64,000 nucleotides of DNA, taken from NCBI GenBank assembly GCA_036339875.1, contig JAYZAC010000095.1, positions 14,226-78,225 of the forward strand. Reading direction: 5' to 3'. Shown here piece by piece: positions 49,154 to 58,219 of the stretch. This DNA comes from a bacterium (GTDB taxonomy: Bacteria; Muiribacteriota; UBA6191). The notes beneath the pieces were generated by a model. That model was not told where the DNA came from. It did not search any database and worked only from the letters and a program-made list of their open reading frames with translations. Positions within the stretch are counted from its first letter, which is position 1. Each line of letters opens with the position of its first letter. A program made the translations under genes and the position numbers.

Positions 49154-49594
49154 ATGAAAATAGGGACAATATTATTAGGCTTAATCATTGCGATACCCTT
49201 GCATGCAGTCAAAGTTTCTCGTGCAAAAGTTGAAATTCGCGAAAATCGGAAAGTTGCCCAACTTTCATTATTTCTTCAAATTACTGATAACCATTTAAAT
49301 TCAAACAGTAAGACCTATGAAATAGAGTTAATTAAAGAAATGAAAAAAGCTCTTTATAAAGTAATCAAGTCAAAGCGAAAGCTCAAATATCATGATCGAT
49401 TCACTCATGTATTTGTTACTGCTCTCGAAAATGAGGGAGTCGAACGAATAGCGGCATTAATCTCTAAGACACCCCGCGAACGATTTCCTGTAGTTAGTCT
49501 ATTTCCAAAAGAACCAGAGTTTCAAAGTGGGGATACCTTAGCACATCAAACACCTCTAACGGTTGCAGAACAAATCGCATCACGTGATTCCTAA
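49154..49594 (+). CDS. Hypothetical exported protein
   Basis: Signal MKIGTILLGLIIAIPLHA; 146 aa; stop overlaps the convergent glyQS stop. Confidence 0.7.
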   Translation: MKIGTILLGLIIAIPLHAVKVSRAKVEIRENRKVAQLSLFLQITDNHLNSNSKTYEIELIKEMKKALYKVIKSKRKLKYHDRFTHVFVTALENEGVERIAALISKTPRERFPVVSLFPKEPEFQSGDTLAHQTPLTVAEQIASRDS

Positions 49595-50946
49595 TCCTGC
49601 TCTAAAACCTCAAAAGATCTCATACTAGCCTTAATCTTTGACTGAAAAAAATCTTTAAGATCCCTGATGGCGATTCTTTTTTGATTCATACTATCTCTGA
49701 ATCGCACTGTAACGCAATTATCCTCCAGAGAGTCGAAATCAAAAGTAACGCAAAACGGAGTACCTATCTCATCCTGTCGTCGGTAACGCTTTCCTATTTG
49801 ACCCGCCTGATCATATTCCGTCCTGAAACCCTCATCCCTCAAACTTTGTTCAAGTTTCAAACTTGGTTCAGAAAGTTTTTTCATTAGAGGTAATACGGAA
49901 ATTTGAACTGGAGCAATATGAGGCTTAAAACGCATTACATTTCTATAGTCCTCTTTACCTTTATCATTCTCTATGACTTCCCTTTCAAATGAATTACAAA
50001 GAATTGCCAAACTCAGTCGATCTGCACCTATGGAAGTTTCGATTACATGAGGTATAAATTTACGCCCACTAGATTCATCAAAATACTTCATCTCTTCGCC
50101 AGAGAATATCTGATGCTGGCTCAAATCAAAATTTGAACGATCGTGAATCCCTTCAACTTCTTGCCAACCAAAAGGAAATTCTACTTCAATATCTTTTGCA
50201 GCGTTTGCATAATGAGCTAATTCACCCTCCCCATGTGCATGAAATCTTAATTTACGGTCTGGTAAACCTAATCTCCTAAAGAAAGAATAACGCTCATTTA
50301 GCCAATATTCAAAGTGATCTACTGAGTCATCAGGATCTACAAAATACTGCATTTCCATCTGCTCAAATTCCCGTGACCGAAAGGTAAAATTTCTAGGCGT
50401 AATCTCATTTCTGAATGCTTTACCAATTTGTGCAATCCCGAAGGGAAGTTTCTTCCTACTACAGCGCTGTATTACTTTGTAGTTTGTAAAGATTGCCTGA
50501 GCAGTTTCAGGTCGCAGGAATGCTTGTGAACTAGAGTCTGTGCTAGCTCCTATGTTTGTTTTTAACATTAGATTAAAAAGTCGAGCCTCGGTAAACGATT
50601 CTTTTGCTCCACAGGTAGGGCAAACCTTTAAATTTTCCAACTGATCCGATCTGAATCTGGATTTACACTCTTTACAGTCCACCATTGGATCTGTGAAATT
50701 TTCAACATGACCAGAGGCCTCCCATACTTTTGGGTGCATGATAATAGAGGCATCTTGCCCAACTACATCACTCCTTCTCTGAACCATTTCTTGCCACCAA
50801 TACTGTTTAATAGCATTCTTCAGCTCGACTCCGTATGGCCCATAATCCCAAAAACCATTAATCCCTCCGTAAATCTCTGAGCTCTGAAAAATAAACCCTC
50901 TGTGTTTACATAAAGCGACTAAGTCTTTCATTTGAACTTCACTCAT
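49591..50946 (-). CDS. glyQS: Glycine-tRNA ligase, alpha2 homodimeric type
   Basis: K.RGFIFQSSEIYGG, LRPETAQ, FRNEITP.NF.FR.REFEQME, LAHY, IGKRYRRQDEIGTP. Confidence 0.98.
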   Translation of the reverse strand: MSEVQMKDLVALCKHRGFIFQSSEIYGGINGFWDYGPYGVELKNAIKQYWWQEMVQRRSDVVGQDASIIMHPKVWEASGHVENFTDPMVDCKECKSRFRSDQLENLKVCPTCGAKESFTEARLFNLMLKTNIGASTDSSSQAFLRPETAQAIFTNYKVIQRCSRKKLPFGIAQIGKAFRNEITPRNFTFRSREFEQMEMQYFVDPDDSVDHFEYWLNERYSFFRRLGLPDRKLRFHAHGEGELAHYANAAKDIEVEFPFGWQEVEGIHDRSNFDLSQHQIFSGEEMKYFDESSGRKFIPHVIETSIGADRLSLAILCNSFEREVIENDKGKEDYRNVMRFKPHIAPVQISVLPLMKKLSEPSLKLEQSLRDEGFRTEYDQAGQIGKRYRRQDEIGTPFCVTFDFDSLEDNCVTVRFRDSMNQKRIAIRDLKDFFQSKIKASMRSFEVLEQD

Positions 50947-50978
50947 TTGTGGTCCTTTCTATGATTTTGAGACGGCCG

Positions 50979-51007
50979 AGTATAGCTTGTTTATCTTGTT
51001 ATTCCAA
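50979..51007 (-). promoter_or_regulatory. Sigma70-type promoter candidate for glyQS
   Basis: TTGGAA-17 bp-TATACT, 32 nt before the ATG, with AAAGGA RBS. Confidence 0.55.
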
Positions 51008-51070
51008 TCCAAGATCAATACATCAATTAAATTTAAGGTACATTACAACTAATAAATCATAATATTTTGT

Positions 51071-51685
51071 ATGAATTTCTCCGACAGAACCAGTATGCGT
51101 TTACCTATTGCTGTTACTCCGTTGAACCTAATTTTAATTGCATTAATGATAATCGCTCCTCAACTAGGTAAATTAGCTCGCGAAATCGTTGATGAAAAAA
51201 AGAATGAAAAGTCTTTAGATATCGTAATCTCTCGTCGAGCTGTTCCCAAAAATAAAATCCGCAAAAAGAAGACAGATCGACAACGTAAGAAAACTATGAG
51301 TCGTTTGGCAATGCTTGAAAAAGCAGAACGGAGAAAAATAAATAGTACTGTGGATACTTCAGAAAATAAACATAAAGCACCAGTTCATTCCTCTCCACCA
51401 GGTATGGATCAAGGTAAGGCTCTGTTGAACAAGATGAAATCTGAACGTATTATTTCGAAGCCAAAAGCGAGGCATTTAATTCCGAATATGGATAAAAAAT
51501 CTTTCATAAACCAACTCAAAGATTTCGCACGAAATAGAAACTACGATGAAGCTGAAAAAATATTCATGAGCCGACTGGAAAATATGCAATTAGCGCCTCT
51601 CGAATCTTTAGAAAAGCAGTCAAAATTTCGAGATCACTTTTCAAGACTAGTACAGCAACTGGAATCAAAATCCAGCGAAAACTAG
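51071..51685 (+). CDS. Hypothetical membrane-anchored basic protein
   Basis: 204 aa, N-terminal hydrophobic helix, Lys/Arg-rich remainder. Confidence 0.7.
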   Translation: MNFSDRTSMRLPIAVTPLNLILIALMIIAPQLGKLAREIVDEKKNEKSLDIVISRRAVPKNKIRKKKTDRQRKKTMSRLAMLEKAERRKINSTVDTSENKHKAPVHSSPPGMDQGKALLNKMKSERIISKPKARHLIPNMDKKSFINQLKDFARNRNYDEAEKIFMSRLENMQLAPLESLEKQSKFRDHFSRLVQQLESKSSEN

Positions 51686-51687
51686 GC

Positions 51688-52152
51688 TCACTTAGCCTTT
51701 TCAGAATCTTCAATAAGCAGATCTGAATAAGATTGTATCAAAATTTGTAAATCAGTCTTCAATTTCCGTTTTATAGTCTTGTAATTTCGTATATCATCGG
51801 TGAGGGCTTTGAGCTCTAGGCGAGCATCATCAAGCATTTTTTCAGCTTTCAACTCCGACTCTTTTAACATTAGAACACTTTCACGTTGAGCTTGATGACG
51901 AATTTGTCCTGTGGCTTTCTGCGCTGAGAGTAACGCGTCTTTTAGTGCATGTTCCAAAGAAGCGTTTTCTCCCAACTTATCTCGAACTAACTTTAACTCT
52001 TCTGATGCTTTACGATAATCCCTTTCTAAAGATTCATAATCTTGAGTTACCGTATTTAGAAACTCTTTAACAGCAGACTCATCCAAGCCGCCAAATTTCT
52101 TCTTAGGAAAAACCATATTCTGGATATCTATTGGCTTTAATCGAATACTCAT
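51688..52152 (-). CDS. divIVA: DivIVA domain protein
   Basis: L.P.DI....F.K..FGG.D...V..FL then coiled coil (L..AL.SAQ...A..E..L.L.E.E.KA). Confidence 0.9.
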   Translation of the reverse strand: MSIRLKPIDIQNMVFPKKKFGGLDESAVKEFLNTVTQDYESLERDYRKASEELKLVRDKLGENASLEHALKDALLSAQKATGQIRHQAQRESVLMLKESELKAEKMLDDARLELKALTDDIRNYKTIKRKLKTDLQILIQSYSDLLIEDSEKAK

Positions 52153-52421
52153 TAGCCCCCCAGTGAAGACATTACAACACTTTCAAACATTTGGATCCCA
52201 ATAAGTACAAAAATTAGTGAGAAATCGAGCCCCCCTAGAGGCGGAATTAGCTTTTGAAAAGGAAGACACAAAGGATCAGTGATCTCATTTACAAAAACAG
52301 TAAAATCGTAAATCGCATCACCCGGAGAACTAGGAACCCAACTAAGAATAAAACGAGCGAAAATGATCATATAGAGACAACTAAATAACAATTGAATAAT
52401 CTGATTAATCTCTGCCGACAT
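52152..52421 (-). CDS. yggT: YggT family membrane protein
   Basis: RFILSW.P, ITDP...PFQKLIPPLGGLDFS. Confidence 0.92.
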   Translation of the reverse strand: MSAEINQIIQLLFSCLYMIIFARFILSWVPSSPGDAIYDFTVFVNEITDPLCLPFQKLIPPLGGLDFSLIFVLIGIQMFESVVMSSLGG

Positions 52422-53100
52422 TTAAATTCTCCTGTTCACGGGATCCGAAAATAATAGAGCCCAGTCGAACTAAAGTACTCCCATACTCTAACGCCAACTT
52501 GTAATCTGCTGACATTCCCATGGATAAAATTTCCATTCTAATATTTTGAAATCCTCTATTTTGGTAATTCTCAAACAAATGCTGCATGTATTGAAATTCA
52601 GAACGAACTACTGCCTCACCAGCAAGGCTAATCGATGAACCAATACACATCAACCCTTTTATTTTACAAAATTGTTGCCCCTGTTCGTCGATCTTTTCTA
52701 AAAAATTATCTAATTTTTTAATATCGAGACCGCCTTTTCCTGATTCTTGGGAAATATTAACCTGTATTAAACAGTCCTGTTTTAATTGCTTCTTTGCACA
52801 CTCTTCTCTAAGGATATCCCATAATTTCATACGATCCACAGAATGAATTAACTCAACTTGACCTACAAGTTTTGAGGCTTTATTGGATTGTAGCTTACCA
52901 ATAAAATGCCACTTTATATCCAAGTCTTGTAGTTCTGTCTGTTTAACCTTAAGTTCTTGGAATCTATTTTCACCAAAACTGGAAATACCAGAATGATAAA
53001 CCTCTCGCAAGCGCGAAGAAGTCACTGTTTTACTGACTGCTAGCAATGTGGTATTATCCCCAACCATTGCCTGCAGGTGCTGTAGCTCGGCAGAATTCAT
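52405..53100 (-). CDS. yggS: PLP homeostasis protein YggS
   Basis: LLAVSK, FGENR.QE, WHFIGKLQSNK, GLMCI, LSMGMS.DY..A...GST.VR.G..IFG. Start set at ATG 53100 because the track's TTG at 53139 coincides with the -35 box. Confidence 0.95.
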   Translation of the reverse strand: MNSAELQHLQAMVGDNTTLLAVSKTVTSSRLREVYHSGISSFGENRFQELKVKQTELQDLDIKWHFIGKLQSNKASKLVGQVELIHSVDRMKLWDILREECAKKQLKQDCLIQVNISQESGKGGLDIKKLDNFLEKIDEQGQQFCKIKGLMCIGSSISLAGEAVVRSEFQYMQHLFENYQNRGFQNIRMEILSMGMSADYKLALEYGSTLVRLGSIIFGSREQENLNVGRD

Positions 53101-53110
53101 GGAATAGCGC

Positions 53111-53139
53111 ATTATAGAAGGGCTAAGACTGACTGTCAA
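53111..53139 (-). promoter_or_regulatory. Perfect-consensus sigma70 promoter for yggS-yggT-divIVA
   Basis: TTGACA (53139-53134), 17 bp spacer, TATAAT (53116-53111). Confidence 0.8.
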
Positions 53140-53203
53140 ACTTCGTCACGAACGTCAAAACTTAACGTCTTAACGTCGATGAATTTATAAAGGAGGCGTC
53201 TCT

Positions 53204-53791
53204 GTGGCGAAATATTTGGCCTTATTTATAAGTTTAAGTTTTTTACTATTATCAGGTTGCTGCGCTCCTAAAGCCTCCTCAAAACCGGAACTAGCCTACC
53301 TAGTAGCTTACTCACTTCTAGACAAACGTTTTAATACCTCCACCCGTCTCGATCTAACAGCCGATATTTTAAATGAGATGGATCAGGATCTAGAACTATG
53401 CCAATTGACGTTAAACGACACTGATGGAAATATCTATACTTTAGATTATGAAACTATTCCGAGTTTTACGCAGGAAGGGCGTTATGATGCAATTCCACTT
53501 AAAATACCTATCAAAGAAGGTATGCTCGGAGGTCAACCGGGGATTAAATACGAATCTCCTAGTGGTTTACGATTTCTATTCATGTCTTCTTTCGAGAGTG
53601 CAGTAATTAAATATCGTACGAATCAAGGTATGCAAGAATTACAAATCAAAAATCTTTCCGAAATCATTACCCGCTCACGTGAGGAAACTATTTCATGGAT
53701 GGAGAAAGAGTATGAAGAGCGAGAGAAAACTTTGTCATTCCTTAAAGAAAAAGCAGATCAGAAAATAGCGGAAAGAAAAAGCAAAAATTAA
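53204..53791 (+). CDS. Hypothetical lipoprotein
   Basis: AAGGAGG RBS, GTG start, lipobox LLLSG|C. Confidence 0.8.
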   Translation: MAKYLALFISLSFLLLSGCCAPKASSKPELAYLVAYSLLDKRFNTSTRLDLTADILNEMDQDLELCQLTLNDTDGNIYTLDYETIPSFTQEGRYDAIPLKIPIKEGMLGGQPGIKYESPSGLRFLFMSSFESAVIKYRTNQGMQELQIKNLSEIITRSREETISWMEKEYEEREKTLSFLKEKADQKIAERKSKN

Positions 53792-53816
53792 TCACCTTGA
53801 TTCAAAATCTAAAAAC

Positions 53817-55112
53817 TCACATAGCGCCAGTGCGCTTAAAAATAGCTGGTATTGTTCTCACTATGATGTACAAATCAAAAAGTATGCCCCGGTTTTTCAA
53901 ATAAAAAAAATCATATTTTAAATGATCATGAATCGGTTGCTTCCTGCCATAGATTTGCCACAATCCAGTTAAACCTGGCTTGATTAATGAACGTTTCCAA
54001 TGCCTAGACTCATAATTTTCAGCTACAACTTCAATTAGTTCCGGACGAGGGCCAACAAGACTCATCTCTCCCTTGATAATATTCCATAACTGAGGCAATT
54101 CGTCGATGGAAGTTCTGCGCAAAAGCCATCCATATCTCGTGAGTCTCGTATCCTTTACGCCCTTAGACTTAACAAAACTTTGATCTGACCGATCAGGTCT
54201 CATACTACAAAATTTAATAATCGAAAAAACCTTACCAAACTGACCAACCCGAGACTGTCTGTAAAATACTCGTTCCTGATTAAGCTTTAGCAAGATAGCC
54301 ACACATAGTATTAAAGGAATCCAGATAGGTCCTGAAATAATCAATAATATTAAATCAGTTAACCGTTTACCTCTATCCGAATACTCCAAACAGTTGGGTT
54401 CTCGTAAAAATTGCATAATATAGTTCTCATATTTTTCAAAATCAGAATCATTATTAAACAGCATCGAAATACTTGACATGTCTTTTATTTGAGTTGAAAG
54501 ACGAGCTTGATCAACAAAAGCTTCCAATTTCTTCAAATCAAATTCGTCTAATCCACAAATCAATATTTCATCCGGCTCAAGACGCTGCAAAAATTTGATA
54601 CCAGCTTCAATATTCATCTCTAGCAATTCTTCAGCATTCATAAATACAAACTTTAAATCTCGCAATCGGCAAAATGATTTAAAGGAATGGAAGAAGCTCT
54701 TTTTACCTAAAGTTATAACTTTCCTAGCTCTGGTTCTTTCACTCGAGATAAATAATTCGAAAATCGCATAAAACAAAAAACTCAGAAATATAAAGAGCAA
54801 TAAAAACGAGCGTGAGAAAAGATGAAATTGCTGATAGAAAGCTATCATACTTGCTACCGCCAATAAAACGACATGGATTAAAACGCCTTCACTGATCCGA
54901 CTATTTAATGTTTTTTTCATCCAGCTTCTAGAAAAAATCCCTCGCCAGTAAAACATAAATAAAAACAGTGGAAGAATGTTTATCAGGAATCCCGTATAGC
55001 CATTAAATTTAGATGGACCATCAAGATAAATTGCCAACCATTCTTGTCGAAAATAATAAGCAATTAAGAAAGCTACAGTTACTGATAATATTCGGACAAG
55101 GATCGCTATCAT
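53817..55112 (-). CDS. Polyprenyl glycosylphosphotransferase (sugar transferase, WcaJ/WbaP-like)
   Basis: N-terminal TMs; KR..D, Q.RVG..G..F...KF.SM, SIDELPQL.N...G.MSLVGPRP, KPGLTGLWQ. Confidence 0.93.
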   Translation of the reverse strand: MIAILVRILSVTVAFLIAYYFRQEWLAIYLDGPSKFNGYTGFLINILPLFLFMFYWRGIFSRSWMKKTLNSRISEGVLIHVVLLAVASMIAFYQQFHLFSRSFLLLFIFLSFLFYAIFELFISSERTRARKVITLGKKSFFHSFKSFCRLRDLKFVFMNAEELLEMNIEAGIKFLQRLEPDEILICGLDEFDLKKLEAFVDQARLSTQIKDMSSISMLFNNDSDFEKYENYIMQFLREPNCLEYSDRGKRLTDLILLIISGPIWIPLILCVAILLKLNQERVFYRQSRVGQFGKVFSIIKFCSMRPDRSDQSFVKSKGVKDTRLTRYGWLLRRTSIDELPQLWNIIKGEMSLVGPRPELIEVVAENYESRHWKRSLIKPGLTGLWQIYGRKQPIHDHLKYDFFYLKNRGILFDLYIIVRTIPAIFKRTGAM

Positions 55113-55194
55113 GATTAGATTCTTTAGTACAGTGATGAGTATAGCCTATTAAAATATTAGAACAAGCAATGATTTATCAAAAGAAAAACTCAGT

Positions 55195-55719
55195 TCAATC
55201 ACTCATATAAAGCAAAGAGGGATTTAACTTAGTAAGAATTAGTGGTTCTGAAACAGAATTAAATGACCATTTATACAAGACTCTATCTAAGGTGTCCTCT
55301 GGACGAATATTCATATTTATAGATCTTTGTGGGCTTTTCATATGGATAATCAGACTGCATCCAAAATATTTTGCAAAGTATAACCCCCAATCGAATGGGG
55401 TTCCTTTCGCAAAAGCAATGTCTCTGTAAAGATTTCGAAACTCAACGCCATTGGAGAGTAGTAGATCATCAGATATAATCAAATCTGAACAATATAGAAT
55501 ATAAAAACTATTTCTAAAATCAGCCAACCATAGCGGATGATTTAAACAGAAAGATTGTATACACCAAGTATCACCACCGTGAAAATCTGGACTCCAAGTT
55601 TTACTATCTATATCAGTACTTAATAACTTGTTTGGATACAATGAGAGACTGTGACTCACTTGCAGAACTAAAGGCTTTCGTACATACCTTAATAACTTTA
55701 ATATAAAATTAGCTTTCAC
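55195..55719 (-). CDS. Hypothetical protein
   Basis: 174 aa ORF filling the gap between same-strand genes; no motif recognised. Confidence 0.5.
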   Translation of the reverse strand: MKANFILKLLRYVRKPLVLQVSHSLSLYPNKLLSTDIDSKTWSPDFHGGDTWCIQSFCLNHPLWLADFRNSFYILYCSDLIISDDLLLSNGVEFRNLYRDIAFAKGTPFDWGLYFAKYFGCSLIIHMKSPQRSINMNIRPEDTLDRVLYKWSFNSVSEPLILTKLNPSLLYMSD

Positions 55720-55798
55720 ACCTTCGAGGATTTCATAAGTTCAATCTATGCAAAAGAGCTTATATAACCAGCCCCCAGAGCAAGATAATAGATCCCGT

Positions 55799-56770
55799 TC
55801 AAACAGAATAGTATTGCCGATACCACGTTACAAAATTGTGAATTCCCTCTTCAATTCTCACTTTTGGCATAAATCCTAGTTTGTTTGTTGCTTTTTCAAT
55901 ATCCGCAGACGTTTTGGGAACATCGCCAGGCTGAATAGGCATTAATTTTTTCTTAGCCTTACAGCCTAGCTCTTTTTCAATGCACTCAATGAAGTAACTT
56001 AATTTTTCAGTCTGATTATTGCCGAGATTAAAAACTTCATACTGATGCTCAATTTGTAAGGAAGCAATCACACCGTCTACAATATCATCTATGTAGGTAA
56101 AATCTCTGTGCATCTCACCATGATTAAAAACTTGAATTTCGGTACCTTCTAAAATGGCCTTAGTAAATAAGAATAATGCCATATCAGGTCTTCCATAAGG
56201 CCCATAAACCGTAAAAAATCTAAGACCTGTAGTTGGCAGGCCATATAGATGGGAGTAGGTATGGGCCATTAACTCATTCGCTTTTTTGGTGGCTGCATAT
56301 AAACTAATTGGATGATCCACATTTTGCGTCTCAGAAAAAGGATATTCTTCATTTTTTCCGTAAACTGAAGAGGAACTTGCATAAACAAGATTTTCAATTT
56401 CAAACTTTCGACAACATTCCAAAATATTCAAAAAGCCCTCTAGATTAGATTTCTGATATGCAAAAGGATTTTCAAGACTGTAACGAACACCAGCTTGGGC
56501 CGCTAAATTCAATACTTTATTGGGAGAATCGTTTTCGAATAATGACACAAGTGCTTCTAAGTCACATAAATCCTGCTGGTAAAATTTGAAATTAGAATGT
56601 GCCTTAAGCAAATTTAATCGCGTAAGTTTTAAATTAACGTCATAATATGCGTTCAATGAATCTAGACCGATTACTCTGGCACCCAAGGCTAGAAGTTTAC
56701 TCGCACAATGAAAACCAATAAACCCAGCGGCTCCAGTTACTAGAAATACTTTTCCTTCTACTGAGTTCAT
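55799..56770 (-). CDS. NAD-dependent epimerase, UDP-glucuronate 4-epimerase-like
   Basis: TGAAGFIG, LAAQAGVRYS, YAATK, LRFFTVYGPYGRPDM, QPGDV. Start ATG 56770 after GGAGG. Confidence 0.93.
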   Translation of the reverse strand: MNSVEGKVFLVTGAAGFIGFHCASKLLALGARVIGLDSLNAYYDVNLKLTRLNLLKAHSNFKFYQQDLCDLEALVSLFENDSPNKVLNLAAQAGVRYSLENPFAYQKSNLEGFLNILECCRKFEIENLVYASSSSVYGKNEEYPFSETQNVDHPISLYAATKKANELMAHTYSHLYGLPTTGLRFFTVYGPYGRPDMALFLFTKAILEGTEIQVFNHGEMHRDFTYIDDIVDGVIASLQIEHQYEVFNLGNNQTEKLSYFIECIEKELGCKAKKKLMPIQPGDVPKTSADIEKATNKLGFMPKVRIEEGIHNFVTWYRQYYSV

Positions 56771-56772
56771 AC

Positions 56773-58083
56773 CTATAACCTCCAATGCAAGATATTGTCG
56801 CCGAATGTTCCTAATGGAAAGAATGATTTTACATCGATCAGTACCATCCTACCGTTATTTGTACTCGCAAGTTGGTTCACAGAATCAATTGTTACACAAC
56901 CCTTGTGAGGTACCGCTAAGATAAAAGCCTCAACATCAATATGCTCCTCGGGAATGTGCGCTCCAAATATCTTTTCTATTTCGGATTCTTCCACATATGG
57001 ATCTTGTGCATAAACTTTGCAAGAGAATTGTTTCAATTCCTCTATCAAATCCTTAACCTTACTATTGCGAGTATCCGGCACATCCTCTTTAAAGGTAAGA
57101 CCGGATATCAGTACATTCGCATCCTTGACTCTAGCTCCTGACTCGATTAGTTTTTTAACAGTTTGTTCCGCGACATATTTTGGCATGGAGTCATTAATCC
57201 GTCTTCCGGAGGTTATAACTTCAGGGTGATAACCTAATTTTTCAGCTTTATGAGTTAGATAATAAGGGTCGACACCAATGCAATGACCACCAACCAAACC
57301 CGGACTTAATTTAATAAAATTCCATTTAGTACCAGCGGCTTCTAATACTTCACTCGTATCTAGATTCATTTTTTCAAAGACAATTGCCAATTCGTTTATC
57401 AGAGCTATATTGACATCCCTCTGAACATTTTCAATAACTTTAGCAGCCTCGGCAACTTTGATACTACTCGCTTCATAAACGCCAGCCGTAACTACTTTAT
57501 TGTATACCTGACTAATTAATTTCAGGCTATCCGAGTTATCCCCTGCTACGATCTTTAAAATTGATTCAAAAGATCTAGATTTATCGCCAGGATTAATTCT
57601 TTCTGGTGAATATCCTAGGTGAAAATCCTTCTTGTGTAAGTAACCGTAGCTTTCTAGAATCGGTTTACAAACTTCTTCCGTTACACCAGGGTATACCGTC
57701 GATTCATAAACCAGAACTGCACCTTTCTTCAAGTTTTGAGCTATCGCTTCTGTGGCACCAATTACTGAATCCAGATTAGGTGTTTTTGCATCATCTATGG
57801 GTGTTGGCACTGCAATAATAACTAAATCACACTGCGCTAAGTCGTTAGCACTGGAGGTAAATAAAGACTTCGATTCACGAACTCGATGATTCCCAACTTC
57901 ATGGGTCTCATCAATTCCAGCCTTCAGATCTGCAATTTTCTTCTCTGATATATCAAAACCAATCATCGAAAAATGCTTTTCAAATGACAAGAGTAGTGGA
58001 AGTCCAACATAACCGAGACCGACAACTCCAATTTTACGCTGGCCACTAGTAAAATCTTTCAAGGTAAATTGTATTTCATTCAC
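56773..58083 (-). CDS. UDP-N-acetylhexosamine 6-dehydrogenase (TviB/WbpO-like)
   Basis: GLGYVGLP, AVPTP, ESTVYPG, GYSPERINPGD, AEAAKVIEN, GGHCIGVDP, TFKE.VPD.RNS. Confidence 0.95.
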   Translation of the reverse strand: MNEIQFTLKDFTSGQRKIGVVGLGYVGLPLLLSFEKHFSMIGFDISEKKIADLKAGIDETHEVGNHRVRESKSLFTSSANDLAQCDLVIIAVPTPIDDAKTPNLDSVIGATEAIAQNLKKGAVLVYESTVYPGVTEEVCKPILESYGYLHKKDFHLGYSPERINPGDKSRSFESILKIVAGDNSDSLKLISQVYNKVVTAGVYEASSIKVAEAAKVIENVQRDVNIALINELAIVFEKMNLDTSEVLEAAGTKWNFIKLSPGLVGGHCIGVDPYYLTHKAEKLGYHPEVITSGRRINDSMPKYVAEQTVKKLIESGARVKDANVLISGLTFKEDVPDTRNSKVKDLIEELKQFSCKVYAQDPYVEESEIEKIFGAHIPEEHIDVEAFILAVPHKGCVTIDSVNQLASTNNGRMVLIDVKSFFPLGTFGDNILHWRL

Positions 58084-58134
58084 AAAGACCGCCTTAATAA
58101 ATCTATGCTAATTAATTTGACCTTGTAGGAAGTA

Positions 58135-58219
58135 CGGAGAGACGGGGATTCGAACCCCGGGTAGGTTGCCCTACACACGCTTTCCAAGCGTGCTCCTTAA
58201 GCCACTCGGACACCTCTCC
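58135..58219 (-). tRNA. tRNA-Ser (GGA)
   Basis: GGAGAGG acceptor stem, anticodon arm CACGC-TTGGAAA-GCGTG, long variable arm, GGTTCGAATCC T-loop, discriminator G; CCA not encoded. Confidence 0.97.

Noticed and set aside
58135..58219. tRNA-Ser as an integration site for the adjacent sugar genes
   Set aside because: I saw no duplicated tRNA 3' end and no integrase in the window.
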